Part shown: positions 1-12,289 of the stretch, piece after piece
Numbering within the stretch: position 1 is the first letter of the stretch
How the letters are laid out: the number at the start of each line of letters is the position of its first letter
Assembly: GCF_006345805.1 (NCBI RefSeq)
Contig: NC_043003.1
Span: forward strand, 74,524,001 to 74,588,000
DNA length: 64,000 bases
Reading direction: 5' to 3'
DNA from: Octopus sinensis
Lineage: Eukaryota
Notes under the pieces: model-generated
Told to the model about the DNA's origin: nothing
Seen by the model: the letters and a program-made list of their open reading frames with translations, nothing else
Database searches by the model: none
Made by a program: the position numbers and the translations under genes

Positions 1-519
1 ATCGATACATCCATCAATTTAGTAGTTTGCAGGAATTCACAAGTACCACCCATTAATCCAGCAGATCATTTTCATTGGTGTGGAATAATTAATATCCTGA
101 ATGCTAATGATTTGTAGGTAAGTGGTATTTCGCTATGCAGCCATAATACACTATAAAGTATATTAAATGTTTTTATGCCAAGAGCATGTTCTACTGCGTT
201 AGCAGTTCATTTTTGCATTATTTTTTTAAGGTTATTTCTAGAGAATATCTGTATAAATAACCTTAAAATAATATCCTGAAGTCTAAACAAGGCACTCCTA
301 AGTATATTAATGCAAAATTGCCTGAAGAAGTATGCATGTCGAATTAATGGACTCTCCTAGATCACATGGATACTATAAATAATATTTCATAACCTATGGA
401 TGCGGTGAGAGAGTCCCTTAAAAATCAGGCCATACAGAAACATATCTAGTACTTCATTAATAAAAATAAAAAAAACATGCTTCCGCGAAATTCCTATCGT
501 TATATATGTGTATATTTCA

Positions 520-643
<124 letters not shown>

Positions 644-1060
644 AAAGAGTGGAATATAATTAATTTAATAAAATTAATCAATTTCACCTAGTAGATTTAT
701 CGGTATGGAAAAGACCATATTTGGTAAGGGTTATAATAATTATAATTAAGGGTTAAATGCAACAAGTTGCTCAAAACCACATACCGAAAATATTAGAAAT
801 AGCAGCCAAAATTGATCACTATTTCCTCTACTAATAAAAAGTCTCCACAAACAAACAGAATTTGTAAGCTGTATATGGCAAAAAAGGTAGAAAATAACGA
901 AATCCCAGCCTATGGATTAATTATAGACGACTCATTTCTGGATTAGAACCGAAGGTTCATTTCCTTGTCAATATAATATTTCCTATAGATCTAGAAATGC
1001 TATGTATGTATGTGTGCATGTATGTATTTATTAGTGATTATTGTTGCTTTGTAGAAACAG

Positions 1061-1470
<410 letters not shown>

Positions 1471-3329
1471 TTAAAAGAATACATTCTCTCATTTCCTGTT
1501 TTCTTCATTTTAAAATAAAGTATGGCACTTTAGAATTTACATCTTTATATGCGGCATTTATGCTGGCGGTCAGTACTTTTAATTCACCGTATGATCTACC
1601 GGACTTCAAACGTCTGTCACCGATTTGTCAAGTACTCTGAAATGCTTGCAATTTTCTATAAAGTCCTCTTGACCTCTGTTGATAAATAAGATTCAAAGCC
1701 AAAGATTCAAATGTCTGTATTATATTTTCTCACTCTGTCGTTCACGTAAAGGCAAAAAATATTCCTCCCTGGTAATATTTGAAGATAAAAGAGAATATAT
1801 TCACACTGCCAGACAGACATGATAATGATGAGAATTGAATTTGACCAAGTTCTTTTATTCTTTATGGAAATTTCATAAATTAGATGTGCAAGTAAATGTA
1901 AATGTGTGTGTGTGCGCGCGTGTGTGTGTGTGTGTATGTGTGTGTGCTGCAGGACGTAACTATTGAGTGTGCAGAATATGAAATAAAATGTTTTAAAGAT
2001 AACGCTTTTAGTTATATAATTTTTAAAGGTTATTAATCACCACTGACAAGCTAAATATCAATAAACTACCAATTAAACAACTGCTAACAAAGTATCTTTT
2101 CTTTTGATTTTATTTATTTATTTTGGAAAATGAAAGCATAAATATAAAGTTTCTAATTATTTCAAAAAGCAAACCATTGAATTTATCAAGTAATAATACA
2201 CATTCTTGTCTGTTTGATCACACTAAAACTAACTTAGTTGTATATAAATAATAAATGTGTTACATCTTATTATATATATGTAATTCAAATAAACAATTGA
2301 ATTATTTCAAATTTATTTCGTCTGTAAATTAGGCGTTATTTTAAAACTTAATATTAATGTGATTAATTTGTTTAAGCTCCATGCCGTTGCAGAAATTAAC
2401 GTAATAAAATTATAAATGTTACGTGTATCGACATTATTTGAATTTATTCACGGTTCAAACATATACCTTTTAGAATCACTTGTTACTACAGTGGGTAAGA
2501 AGCAAGGGAGTATATAATAGTAATTTCTAAGTTTTAAAGTGTTTAACCCCCCCCCCATCATTCACTCATACTTTACCTAGGGAACAACAACCATGTGAAA
2601 GCTGGAGAGAAAGAAAGTTGTACTAGCACTCATTTACTAATCATTTTCAGTTGGAAAGGTGGAATGAGGTGTCATATTCAAGCGCTCAACGTAAAACTCC
2701 GTCTAGGGATCGAGCGCACAATTTTAAGATCTTGATCCCAAAACCTAAAGACAAGAGAGTACTCATCACCAAAGATGACATCTTTTATGCGTCTCTAAAA
2801 TGAGTAAACGTTCATTTGAAAATTGTAGGTTCTATTAGTTCTAAAAGTGTGCATAATAGGTAGATGTTTTGCTGATTCTGTGGTTTACAAAATAAAACCT
2901 GCTAGAATTTCAACATCACTATCTACACATCTTTTTATACAAGTGAGTGAATCTCGGTGGTAAATGAACTCTTAGAAAGAGTAAACAAACCACACACGAA
3001 TCACTCCAAACTAATATAGCAAAAGGTCACTTGATAACGTAGCTCTAGAGAAATCGAAAACAACGAGATTCTTCTCAAAGTCTTATTGATCAGGGATAAT
3101 CTGGATCTCGGTTAAAGCAACAAGAAAGACAAATTTTAAAAATATAAACAATATGGTTGGCAAAATATCTCATAAACTTTCCATTCAATTCACACCGCAA
3201 AAAATATTACTGATTCAAAATAACTTAAGAGAATTTTCCCTTTTATCGCATAAGAACAAAGAATCAGAGACACACGTTTTATCTGAATAAATTATTGCAA
3301 GTTCACAACTAGGCTGTATTTGATAGTAA

Positions 3330-3950
3330 TTCTGCTCCATCAGTTTGACTTATGGCTATGCATAAACAAAAATGATGGGAGCAACAGTATTTGTTATTCT
3401 GTTCATACCACTCAATTTATCTATTTCAATATTTATTATACTCCCCCATGAATGTTAACTGGGTTTTGTAAGAATCAATGGAACATCCTTGAAATAATTC
3501 GACAACATTAAATTTTTACGAGTTGTGACGACAGAAGTTATCAAATCCATGTTTGCAGAGGATAAGGCTGTTCTCAATGAGATACAACAGATATTGCAGA
3601 ATAATCGTCTAACATTAAGACTGAAAATAGAGCTCTATGTATGGAAAGAGGACCGATGTAAATAACGATTTGTTAACTGGAACATCAAGATACAAGTGAA
3701 AAAGCGTTTCATTGCTCCAGAAATGTTGTTTCTTTGAGGATTAGTGAAAACAAATTATACTGAGAGAGGTAAACATTGAAGTTCATACAAGGATTGGATT
3801 ATGATAAACCACCAAAAAACATTCTTGACGCAAAAAGTATGCAACAATCGAAGCTCAATGGATATCACATGAATTGAAAAATTCTGGAACAGTAACGGAA
3901 AACTGAAAACAAAAATGATTGAAGTTAGGGAAGACTTAGAGAAATACGGG
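3330..3950 (+). pseudogene. Decayed RTE-like LINE reverse transcriptase, C-terminal part
   Basis: Translates (with stops/frameshifts) to IKSMFAEDKAVLNEIQQILQNNRLTLRLKIELY (3540) and WNIKIQVKKRFIAPEMLFL*GLVKTNYTER (3678), matching the RTE pattern RIAxAKxAF...LxLK..LY / W......KR..A.EM.FLR. Confidence 0.5.
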
Positions 3951-4529
3951 ATACTCACACACACACACACACTGATCCAATAACTGGCTAACTTATATGT
4001 AGGACAGGAGTATGTGCAGATCCATGGTCACTGACGAATTTAGGCATGGAAAATAAGGTTGTACATGTATTCGTTTTTTATAAATATGATTTAATACGAA
4101 ACATGAATCTCTGTAGAGAACGGTTCGTATGACCTATTGTTTTAGAAAATAGTGATTATAGAAATACACACATATGGAAACATATTTCCACACTGAGGCG
4201 CTTTCATCGAAAGGATTTTGCATTTTTTTTTTTATTCTTTGTTTCTTTCTAGTTTATATGATTATCGAGTGAAATTATTTCCGTCCATTGACCAAAGCTA
4301 GACTTGCTTAGCCCATTTAGTCTAGCTAGACTTGCTTTAAATATTCCCAGGCACTTTGCACCCGCTTCTTCGTAACAAACCATCTACTTTTATTGGCTTC
4401 ATATGTCAATCGCTTCAATGAAGATTTGGAATCTCTTCAACGTTCTTTTCAATTCCTCCTTCACGTTATTTTATATGCTTGCTCAATTGCTTTTCCCCTT
4501 ACTTTTCATTATTTACTTATGCTTTTATT

Positions 4530-4545
4530 AAATAATAATAATGAA

Positions 4546-4615
<70 letters not shown>

Positions 4616-4640
4616 TTAATAATAATAATGTTATTATATA
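4530..4640. repeat. (AAT)n microsatellite
   Basis: Direct trinucleotide run. Confidence 0.95.
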
Positions 4641-5991
4641 ATAATTTAGAGAGTTTTGGTTCCGTTTTACTTCATAGTACTAAAACTTTCGCTTACATTC
4701 TCTCTAGGCGCAACATAATCATAAGTTTCTTCTTTTGTGTATGTGTTTTTCTTTTCTTTTCCGAATTTTAATATTATAAAACTACTTGCTCGAGAACAGT
4801 ATTTTCCGCTTGATGATAAGATTAGTAACGAAACCCGTAAAAAAAGTAAGGAAGTTTAGGTGTTTACATGTTAATCCAATTGTGTTCCTGTCTACATGTA
4901 TACCAAGATACATATACATGCATATATAAACATACATACATAAATACATAATTACATCCATAGTCGGACGTGTGTAATTACTGGTTATATGAAGTCAACA
5001 TATCAAATATCGGAAAAGTTGAAATACAGAGTGCGATAAGATTACACACAAATATTTCCACATAAGTATTTAAGCATTACATATATTCCAACAAATATAT
5101 ATAAACGATACATACTCCGTAAAATATTTATATAAACACTGCACTGTAACATTACACACATAAAGAAATAAGCCAAGTAACGTTTCAAAAAAATTCACGA
5201 AAAAAAGAAACACCACTCAATATGTACGTTTAAATACAATTCTAAGATTAAAGAAAATTTGAATGGAAAGATCACACAAGCTGTGAATGATTTTAAATTT
5301 AATTCTGACAAAACGTTGTCCATTTTGATAAACAAATACAAATATCAGTGAATAGAAAAATTTCATCATGGTTATGTCTTCCCCGACTCCAATCACACTA
5401 TACAGTGGAGTAACAATCTTAATAAGTATTTATATGAAGCCTATATACAATATGACCAGAAATCTTTCGGATTTAATGCAAAGGCTAAAAAGTTTGTGGT
5501 TCTCCAAACATCCAATTTTTCTTCAAAATATTTAAATGAACAAGCAAAACGCATCATTTCATATAAATTGATACATCTAACGGAAATGTCTAATTCAAAG
5601 CAGTCTGGCACTATAAAACTATCCATTGAAGATAATCATCTCACTTCCTCTGATGAACAGAAAGAACGGTCAGCTAAATATAGTAGTAAACAACACACCA
5701 ACAATGTAGCTAAAAGATATTCCTATACTATTGTTGTGAAGAGAGTTACAATGCAAGTAGAACATGGACACATGAAATCTGCTCGTAGTGTGAAGAGCGA
5801 AAAGTTATATTGTATAGGCGAAATGTCGCATTTCGAGAGAAAATATGCAAGGCGAAATTCTTCGACGTTAAAAATGCAACCGATCTATTCGATAACGAAT
5901 GGTTAGAATTATTCTATTTATGGGACTCCCCCAACATAAATCTCTGTTGTAAAAGCGTAAATATCATATCTCTAAACTTAATTCGTTTGAA

Positions 5992-6516
5992 GTGTTAAAG
6001 AGAATTTTTTTAGAAAATATTTCCACAAATACTCTTGGACAAACTATGTCTATGCACGGAGACTGTGAACCTATGATCCAGGATACATATCGACAACGCT
6101 GGCCAGTGAACGGCACATACTATCTAATGATTGAAGATAGCTTTACAAAGTGGTCAGAGGTATGCAGATGTAGTAAATACACAGTAAAGACAACAATAAA
6201 ATTCCTACTCGGCATATTTGTTCGATACGGTTTTCCAGACACGTTAATTTCAGATAATGGAGCACAATTCACGGGAAATTTCTGCAAATTGTATAGCATA
6301 AAGCAAAACTTTACCCCGCCCTGCCACCCGAGGTCAAATGGACAGGCAGAAAGATTTATCGACACGTTCAAAAGAGATTTACGAAAAACTAGCAACAAGC
6401 TCGATAATGACGTGGCACTAACTAAATTTTTGAGAGTAGATAGAATAACGCCAAATCCAAATACTTACTCAAGAAAGTCACCAAAAGAGTTAATCTTCGC
6501 GTGTGAAATAAAATAG
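5992..6516 (+). pseudogene. Retroviral-type integrase core (rve) of gypsy element
   Basis: ORF contains YYLMIEDSFTKWSEV, GFPDTLISDNGAQF, TPPCHPRSNGQAERFIDTFKR, RITPNPNT..KSPKEL (D-D-E core). Confidence 0.92.
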
Positions 6517-7055
6517 ATCTTCGATAAATTATTACCAGGGAAAATACTTATAAAGCAAAGACAAAAATACATTTGAAAGATATACAAGAACTATTACAAA
6601 ACATTTCGAATTAGGATATAAAGTTCATTTTCAAAATTACAAAAATGGTAAAGGATGTTGGGAGGACGACTGTGTAAGCAAAAGATTAGGTAACATGATG
6701 TATTTCATTAAAGAACAACGTTCGGAACATAATACATATTTTAACTAGTTAACGATAAGACATACAGAAAAACAAAGGATATTACCGATTGAAGTCTTCT
6801 ATGATATGTTTGAAGTGCCAGCACCGAGAGATAATGAACCCCGTAGTACTAGCTTCAAAAAACGAAAACACACTGAATATCTGGAAGTAATATCTAAAAG
6901 AAAAAGATATTAAATTTTCCGAAAGGAAAACAAAAGAAAGAGTACTATCAAGAATGTTTAGTACAACGAACAGATAAATGTGTAACGAACAATAATACTA
7001 CCTTGAAAGTTGGATGACAATTAAGATACAGCAGCTAAAACAAAAGATGGAGAGG

Positions 7056-7344
7056 TGCTGGAAAGAAAATAAAATAAAATAAATTTCACTTGCTCACGGT
7101 AGCAAAAGGGAGTTACAGCGTCTCCTTGCAAAAGATAAACTGCTCTGAGTAAAGTATAAATAGTAACGATCCGAGTGATCTCAGTGTTCGGTGTCGAGTG
7201 AAATTTGTGTTAGTTTGCAGTGAAGTCGGAAGGGGTCGGTTGTTTAGTTCATAAGGAATATTGATTGTTGTTTCTTAAACCGATTTGCTAGTTGATTACA
7301 TTGTTTTTACTGTTGTCTGATTATCCTACTTATTGTACGTAACA
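7056..7344 (+). repeat. Candidate 3' LTR of first gypsy fragment
   Basis: TG...CA termini after a polypurine tract; TATAAATA at ~7157; no partner LTR visible in the window. Confidence 0.6.
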
Positions 7345-7681
7345 AATTACCTTACAACTCTACAAAGAGAAGTGCATCAAAAACTTGTGAGTGTCCTACA
7401 AGGGATCTGGAATTGTACACTTCCACAGGCCCACAAGCTTAATTTGAATGACAGGCCATATAACATCGGTATGAGGAAAGAATCCGGTTAATTAGCAATA
7501 TGGGCATTAAATGAAATAGCAAAAGCAGCTGAAGACCACATCGCCTAGAGGTGTGAAACTAACCTACGAAACAACTATTTTTTTTATATATTTGTCTCAG
7601 ATAGTATATAATTAGCTTATCACAAAGAGCTTAAGCTACGCAATCAAAAACCAAGCACAAAGCCTGATCCTGTATGAGCAC

Positions 7682-7781
7682 TGTTGTATGGAAGTACAAC
7701 ACTCTTATTTGGCTGGCTCCTAATGGATTGTGTTACAATATAAATAGACATGTGCAGTGAGTAGGTGAGCTGTGTAAAGCC
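7682..7781 (+). repeat. 5' LTR, upstream (U3) piece
   Basis: TGTTGTATGGAAGTACAACACTCTTATTTGG...GTGAGCTGTGTAAAGCC aligns to 14992-15092 TGATGTGTGAAAGTAGAACACCCCTATTTGG...GTGAGCTATGTAAAGCT. Confidence 0.9.
7739..7746 (+). promoter_or_regulatory. TATA box of gypsy LTR
   Basis: TATAAATA within the LTR U3 piece, 28 bp upstream of the 15-bp insertion target. Confidence 0.5.
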
Positions 7782-9428
7782 GCGAATTGTCGTTGTATTT
7801 GAAGGTCGGTCAGAGAGTGTTGGACTTAATTTTTGAGTTCAATGTTGATTGTGAATTTGATTATTACTGAATGCTGAAGGCTTTCCCTGTGCGGGTGTAC
7901 CCGTATATTTCGGTTGTTTTTAATTCAATTGTATAATGGAGAATTTGAATACCTCGAGCCAGAGCTATGCAGCTGCGGTAACAGGTAGCGACAATATTGC
8001 CACGTTAACAGAGACGTACGTAAAGGTAGAAACATACAGAATTAAAGAATGTGAAACATTGTCAACGAATCAATGAACAGCGAACTCTCTGGTCCTGTAT
8101 AAGACTTTAAGATTGTCCACAGGAAAAATCGAAACCACGACGACTGAGAGTATAGCAAAAATGCTCAAAAATATTAAACACCTGACGACTTTTGTAACAA
8201 GAAGTCAGAAGTTCGGAGTGGTAGAAGTCAGGTTCGCATCAGAGGAAGCAGCAGCAGAGCATGCAGTAGACGCGATTAGGAACGACGAATGAGCTTTCTT
8301 ACCGAGTTACTGCGGAAAAAGAATGGCGAGATTAAGGGTGGGTAAAACCCCACCCGAATATAACGAGACATGGATTATGGCGGCAGTCTTATTCCACTTG
8401 ATACAGAGTCCGAAAATATTTAAGGCAACAAGAACGCAAGAGGTGGACGTATGGGCATACGGGCTAGAAATGAAATTTCAAACCACCCTGGAAGACCTGA
8501 ATTCCATAACTGAAGAAATAATATTGCCCGAAGGAAACAAGGTGAATGTGGTAGTAGAGGGCAGACCGTTGAAATGTTTTTTTTTTTGTGTGGCAAAAGA
8601 GGAAACAAAAAAGCGGACAGCCGTCGAAGCAAGGAAAAAGTGAGCGAGGAGAGTTCAACGTAGAGACATGCAACCGTGGAGGAGTGCGAAAAAGAAGCTG
8701 AGAAAATGGATATAGAGGAGGAATTCGCAGAAAAAGTAGAAGAGCTTCTCCACCGGAGAAGCTGAAAAATAAATAAAAAAGGCGATGGGAAGTAATGGAG
8801 ATAAAATAGTGACAAAAATGACAGAAGAAGAAAGTTTGAAAGTGTCTCCTCTGAATATGAGGTTGAAGAGGGGTGAAGAAAAAAGGAATGAAGGAGTAAT
8901 CACGGGTAGAAATACCTAAGGGTTACAGCAAAGATGGAACTAAATCAATAGTAATAGAACCGAATTGATATGAGGAGTTTTAAAAAAAGGTGTGACTTGG
9001 GAAAGGTACAGTTTAAAGTCGAGTTTGAAAAGTTGGAACCAGTAATCAACTGGGGTGACGTGATATCATTAATAAAGGACTGTCTTTTACATAGCTCTCA
9101 ATCAATGGATAGCGAATAATAAGACTTTTAATTAGAAAGTCAATGCTTCAGGAATTCGATGTGGACCGCTGGAGAATATACAGCTTGGCGACTTGCAATG
9201 GTATGTTATATGTTAATTAATTGTGATTTAAATACAGAATAATAATGGACTGTAAATAAGATTAATAGTACTGCATGTGGTGAGATGCGCATACAACCAT
9301 TCATAATTTCATTATTATATAATCATCTCATTCATATTCGTTCTATGTATTGTCTCCTCTTTGGTGTCCTGTCTGTTCTTGTTTGTCCCCCCTATATTTT
9401 GAGCACTTGTGGCTATAATAAAGAAATG
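7782..9428 (+). mobile_element. ORF1-only non-LTR element, unit A (Tx1/L1-like, ~1.65 kb)
   Basis: Bounded by GAGCTGTGTAAAGCC (7767-7781) and GAGCTGTGTAAGGCC (9429-9443); starts GCGA..GTTGTATTTGA; single decayed ORF from ATG 7936; ends TGTCCCC...TGTGG..AATAAAGAAAT; no EN/RT motifs. Confidence 0.8.
7936..8800 (+). pseudogene. L1/Tx1-type ORF1 protein (SYAAAV N-terminus, RRM-like domain, degenerate CCHC knuckle, acidic tail)
   Basis: MENLNTSSQSYAAAV...GVVEVRFASEEAA...LPSYCGKRMARLRVG...VVVEGRPLKCF[T-run frameshift]CGKRGNKKADS (CX2CX4HX4C with H>N and C>S, each one base change); in-frame stops present. Confidence 0.75.
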
Positions 9429-9443
9429 GAGCTGTGTAAGGCC

Positions 9444-11119
9444 GCGAGTAGTTGTATTTGAGTTCTCTCCATGTGAGTTTTGTTGTATTGTATTGTTAAT
9501 TTACTGAAATGTTGAACTGTATTTTGACTGGAATTGTTGGAATTGTTGTTTTATGGCTTTTATTTTACTTCCCAATTTATGGGTGAAGTTATGAATAATA
9601 CTGTTATGGAAAGTAAACCAGCAGGGAGTTACGCTGCGGTGGCCGTCAAATGCCTGTCAATAGATGTACTGCAGTTCCGTCAAATCGAATTAAAGGAGAA
9701 TTTTAAAAAATGTAACAGTTTGCTGAAGAAGGAAGGGGACAACCTGAGGTTGATGACCCCTAAACTAATACTTAAAAAACTGAAAAAGGACAATTATTTA
9801 TAGAACGTTGAATGTGACAACGGAAAATAGTGAAGTAGCAGCGGAGGAAGCGGTAGAGGAATATCGACAAGAGACAAAGATATGACGACATATTACACGA
9901 GGGGAAAAATACTGCACGGTGGAAGTACGCTTCGTAAGCGAAGAAGTAGCAAGGAAATACTCCACTGTGCCTTTAAGATCAGCCGAGTGGGCATTGTTAC
10001 CTACTTACTGTGGCAAACGTGCGGCCAGAGTAATAATCGGTAGAGTGCCCAAGAAATTGAAGTGGTATGGCTGGTGGCAGCCATCCTCTATTACACAGAG
10101 GAAGATTCTGAGGTGTTAAAGATATCGAGAATGACGGAAGTGAACTGATAGGGGTTTGGACTGCAGGTGTCGGTCCATATCAGCCTGCCTGACCTTCACA
10201 AAATTGCGGAAGAGCTGGTGCTACCAGATGAGACAACATTAAGGATCGTCGTAGAAGAAACCTGAACGTCCCCAGAAACCTGAACAGGAGGAGGCAGAGA
10301 AGGCGAGCCAGGAAGAAGAGGGCGCAACTACTGAGGAGGAGGAAATAGTGGAAAATATACAGTGGTAGAAAGAGGAGTAACGTGGAATCTCCACCTAAAA
10401 AGGAAACAAAGGCAGAGGTGAACAAGAACGAGAATAGAAAGACTGAGGAGCTAATTGAGGAACGAACACAAAGACCGTTGCCTTCTACTAGGAAGGAGAA
10501 GGAAGGGCGGAATAAGAAGCGACATGAAAGTGAGAAGGAACGGCGGAAGAAGAAGAGACATGTAAGTGAATACCAGAAACAGAGGAAGAGAGTGGTGAGG
10601 TACAGCACCGAAGGAGTAATATGAAAGAATTGATTCATTACAAAAATAGTGTAGAGATGGAAAAGAAAATTTCAAAAATGAAACATATATTAAGGGTTAA
10701 ACTGGCTGACAGAGAGGAAAACGGAGATGAGAAAGCGGTGCTGTTGGAGGAAGAGAGAACAAGAAGGTTGCAGGAAATATTTGGCGACAGGATAGTGATG
10801 ACAGGAATTCGATTTGGTTACGATGATTTGCCACCAGTGGTAATATTTGATGATTTGACGAAATTTTTGTTGTGACATTGTGTAGATTTTTAAACAAAAG
10901 GAAAACTAACAAAATACAATATTGATAAGTACAAACTTTATTTAAAAAACAGTCAAATGGAAATACCTGCTTTGCGGGTTATGAAAGCCATGTCATTCTC
11001 GTTTCATTTATATTCATAATTCATTCGTTGTATATTTTTATGTACCCCAGTTGTTTTGTTTTGTCTGTCCTTGTGGTGTCCCCTCTCTATAAAGGCCATG
11101 CGTCTAAATAAAAGAAATA
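9444..11119 (+). mobile_element. ORF1-only non-LTR element, unit B (Tx1/L1-like, ~1.68 kb)
   Basis: Bounded by the 15-mers at 9429-9443 and 11120-11134; starts GCGAGTAGTTGTATTTGA; ends TGTCTGTCCTTGTGGTGTCCCC...AATAAAAGAAAT; ORF1 homologous to unit A but strongly diverged. Confidence 0.8.
9591..10860 (+). pseudogene. L1/Tx1-type ORF1 protein, second family
   Basis: MNNTVMESKPAGSYAAV...VEVRFVSEEVA...WALLPTYCGKRAARVIIG...WLVAAIL...IAEELVLPDETTLRIVVE then a Lys/Glu/Arg-rich tail; several frameshifts. Confidence 0.72.
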
Positions 11120-11245
11120 GAGCTGTGTAAAGCCAGGTGTTGTGTATTGTCGTGTGTATTTACAAGTATTGTGTATCTTGAATAGAACGATTTGCGTAGG
11201 CGTTATCGATTATCCCGTTATATCGTACGTCGAACGTGCGATACA
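11120..11245 (+). repeat. 5' LTR, downstream (R/U5) piece
   Basis: GAGCTGTGTAAAGCC...TACAAGTATTGTGTATCTTGA...TTATCCCGTTATATCGTACGTCGAACGTGCGATACA aligns to 15078-15209; followed by a PBS-like motif. Confidence 0.9.
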
Positions 11246-11346
11246 AGAGTGGTGACGAGTGTTCAGACCATATCGCCACAGTGGCGTCGATGTTTCGTAC
11301 AGAACAGAGGATTCGAACAATACTGAAACTGAACATAATACCGAAA

Positions 11347-11955
11347 TGGAAGGATTATTGAAAGCAGTCGTAAAATAACAAGAACAGCAGCAACAAGAAC
11401 AGAAGTTAAAACATTTACTACTGTGGTCGACAGAATCATTTTCACCGGACGGTGTTGCAAACTCCATCGAAGAATTTCAGTACAAACCTGATGATGGAAC
11501 TACCTTTACCGCGTATTAAAGACGATACGAGGACATATTCAGAGAGGAATGCGAAGGATGGTCTTGTGAAAAGTAGGCAACGCTCCCGGAACTCGAAAGT
11601 TTTCGTAACTTTATTTTACCAAGAAAGCCCGCGGAATTGTACTTTGATGAAACGATAAATATTTTGACTTTAGCGAAAAATTTCGCTGTTTAACATTCGG
11701 TGGGAATGTTTAGATTTAAAGAAGAATGAGTCCGACTTTGTAATATACGCTAGTTTAAGCCTAGAGAATTAATGCCATATATGTTCAAGTGCCTAATATT
11801 CGTTAAGGGGTTTGTGGTAACGGAAAACGCGGAAATTAGAAAAAAGAATATTATCAAAGTTGAATCAAGATGTTGAACTAACCTTGAAAAAAGTGGCTGA
11901 AGTATGCCAACATATAATAAAACTTCGAGAAGATACAAGAGAAATAGAAAACAAC

Positions 11956-12023
<68 letters not shown>

Positions 12024-12200
12024 TAATGTACAAACATGTAAAGAAAGTATTGAAAGAAAAAAGACAGATAAATCCAAATCAGTGCTATGGTTGCGGAGAC
12101 CTTCATTTTAAGAAAGATTGTCCCTTTCAAGATAAAAATGTTTTAAGTGCTGTAAAATTGGGCATAGACAGTCAACATGCTGGTTGAAGAAAAATGTAAT
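11347..12200 (+). pseudogene. Gypsy gag with two CCHC knuckles; (AAT)n expansion at 11955-12022
   Basis: IEEFQYKPDDGTTF...RYEDIF; CYGCGDLHFKKDC (12083) and CFKCCKIGHRQSTC. Confidence 0.75.
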
Positions 12201-12289
12201 AAATGAGAAACTGAAGAAAGTCTACACAACAAAAAAAAAATTATACCATAGAAAACCGAATATTTATGTTGGTAAAAATAAATGATTTT

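Larger units (their letters stand above)
5330..7344 (+). mobile_element. Ty3/gypsy LTR retrotransposon 3' fragment (RNase H remnant, integrase, PPT, 3' LTR)
   Basis: rve integrase motifs in 5992..6516; purine tract AGATGGAGAGG at 7045-7055 followed by TG at 7056; candidate LTR ends TTATCCTACTTATTGTACGTAACA at 7344, similar to the LTR end of the neighbouring gypsy. Confidence 0.8.

Noticed and set aside
33-123. Exon with TTGCAG acceptor and GTAAGT donor
   Set aside because: All three frames hit a stop (the best ends in TAG right at the donor); no recognisable protein.
7782-11119. Units A and B as a local tandem duplication or as LTR-bounded elements
   Set aside because: Their ORF1s share only scattered motifs and the shared boundary is a 15mer plus short termini, not an LTR-length repeat; no PBS or PPT seen.
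7767-11134. CRISPR-like array from the recurring 15mer
   Set aside because: Only three copies, ~1.65 kb spacing, eukaryotic context; explained as target-site duplications.
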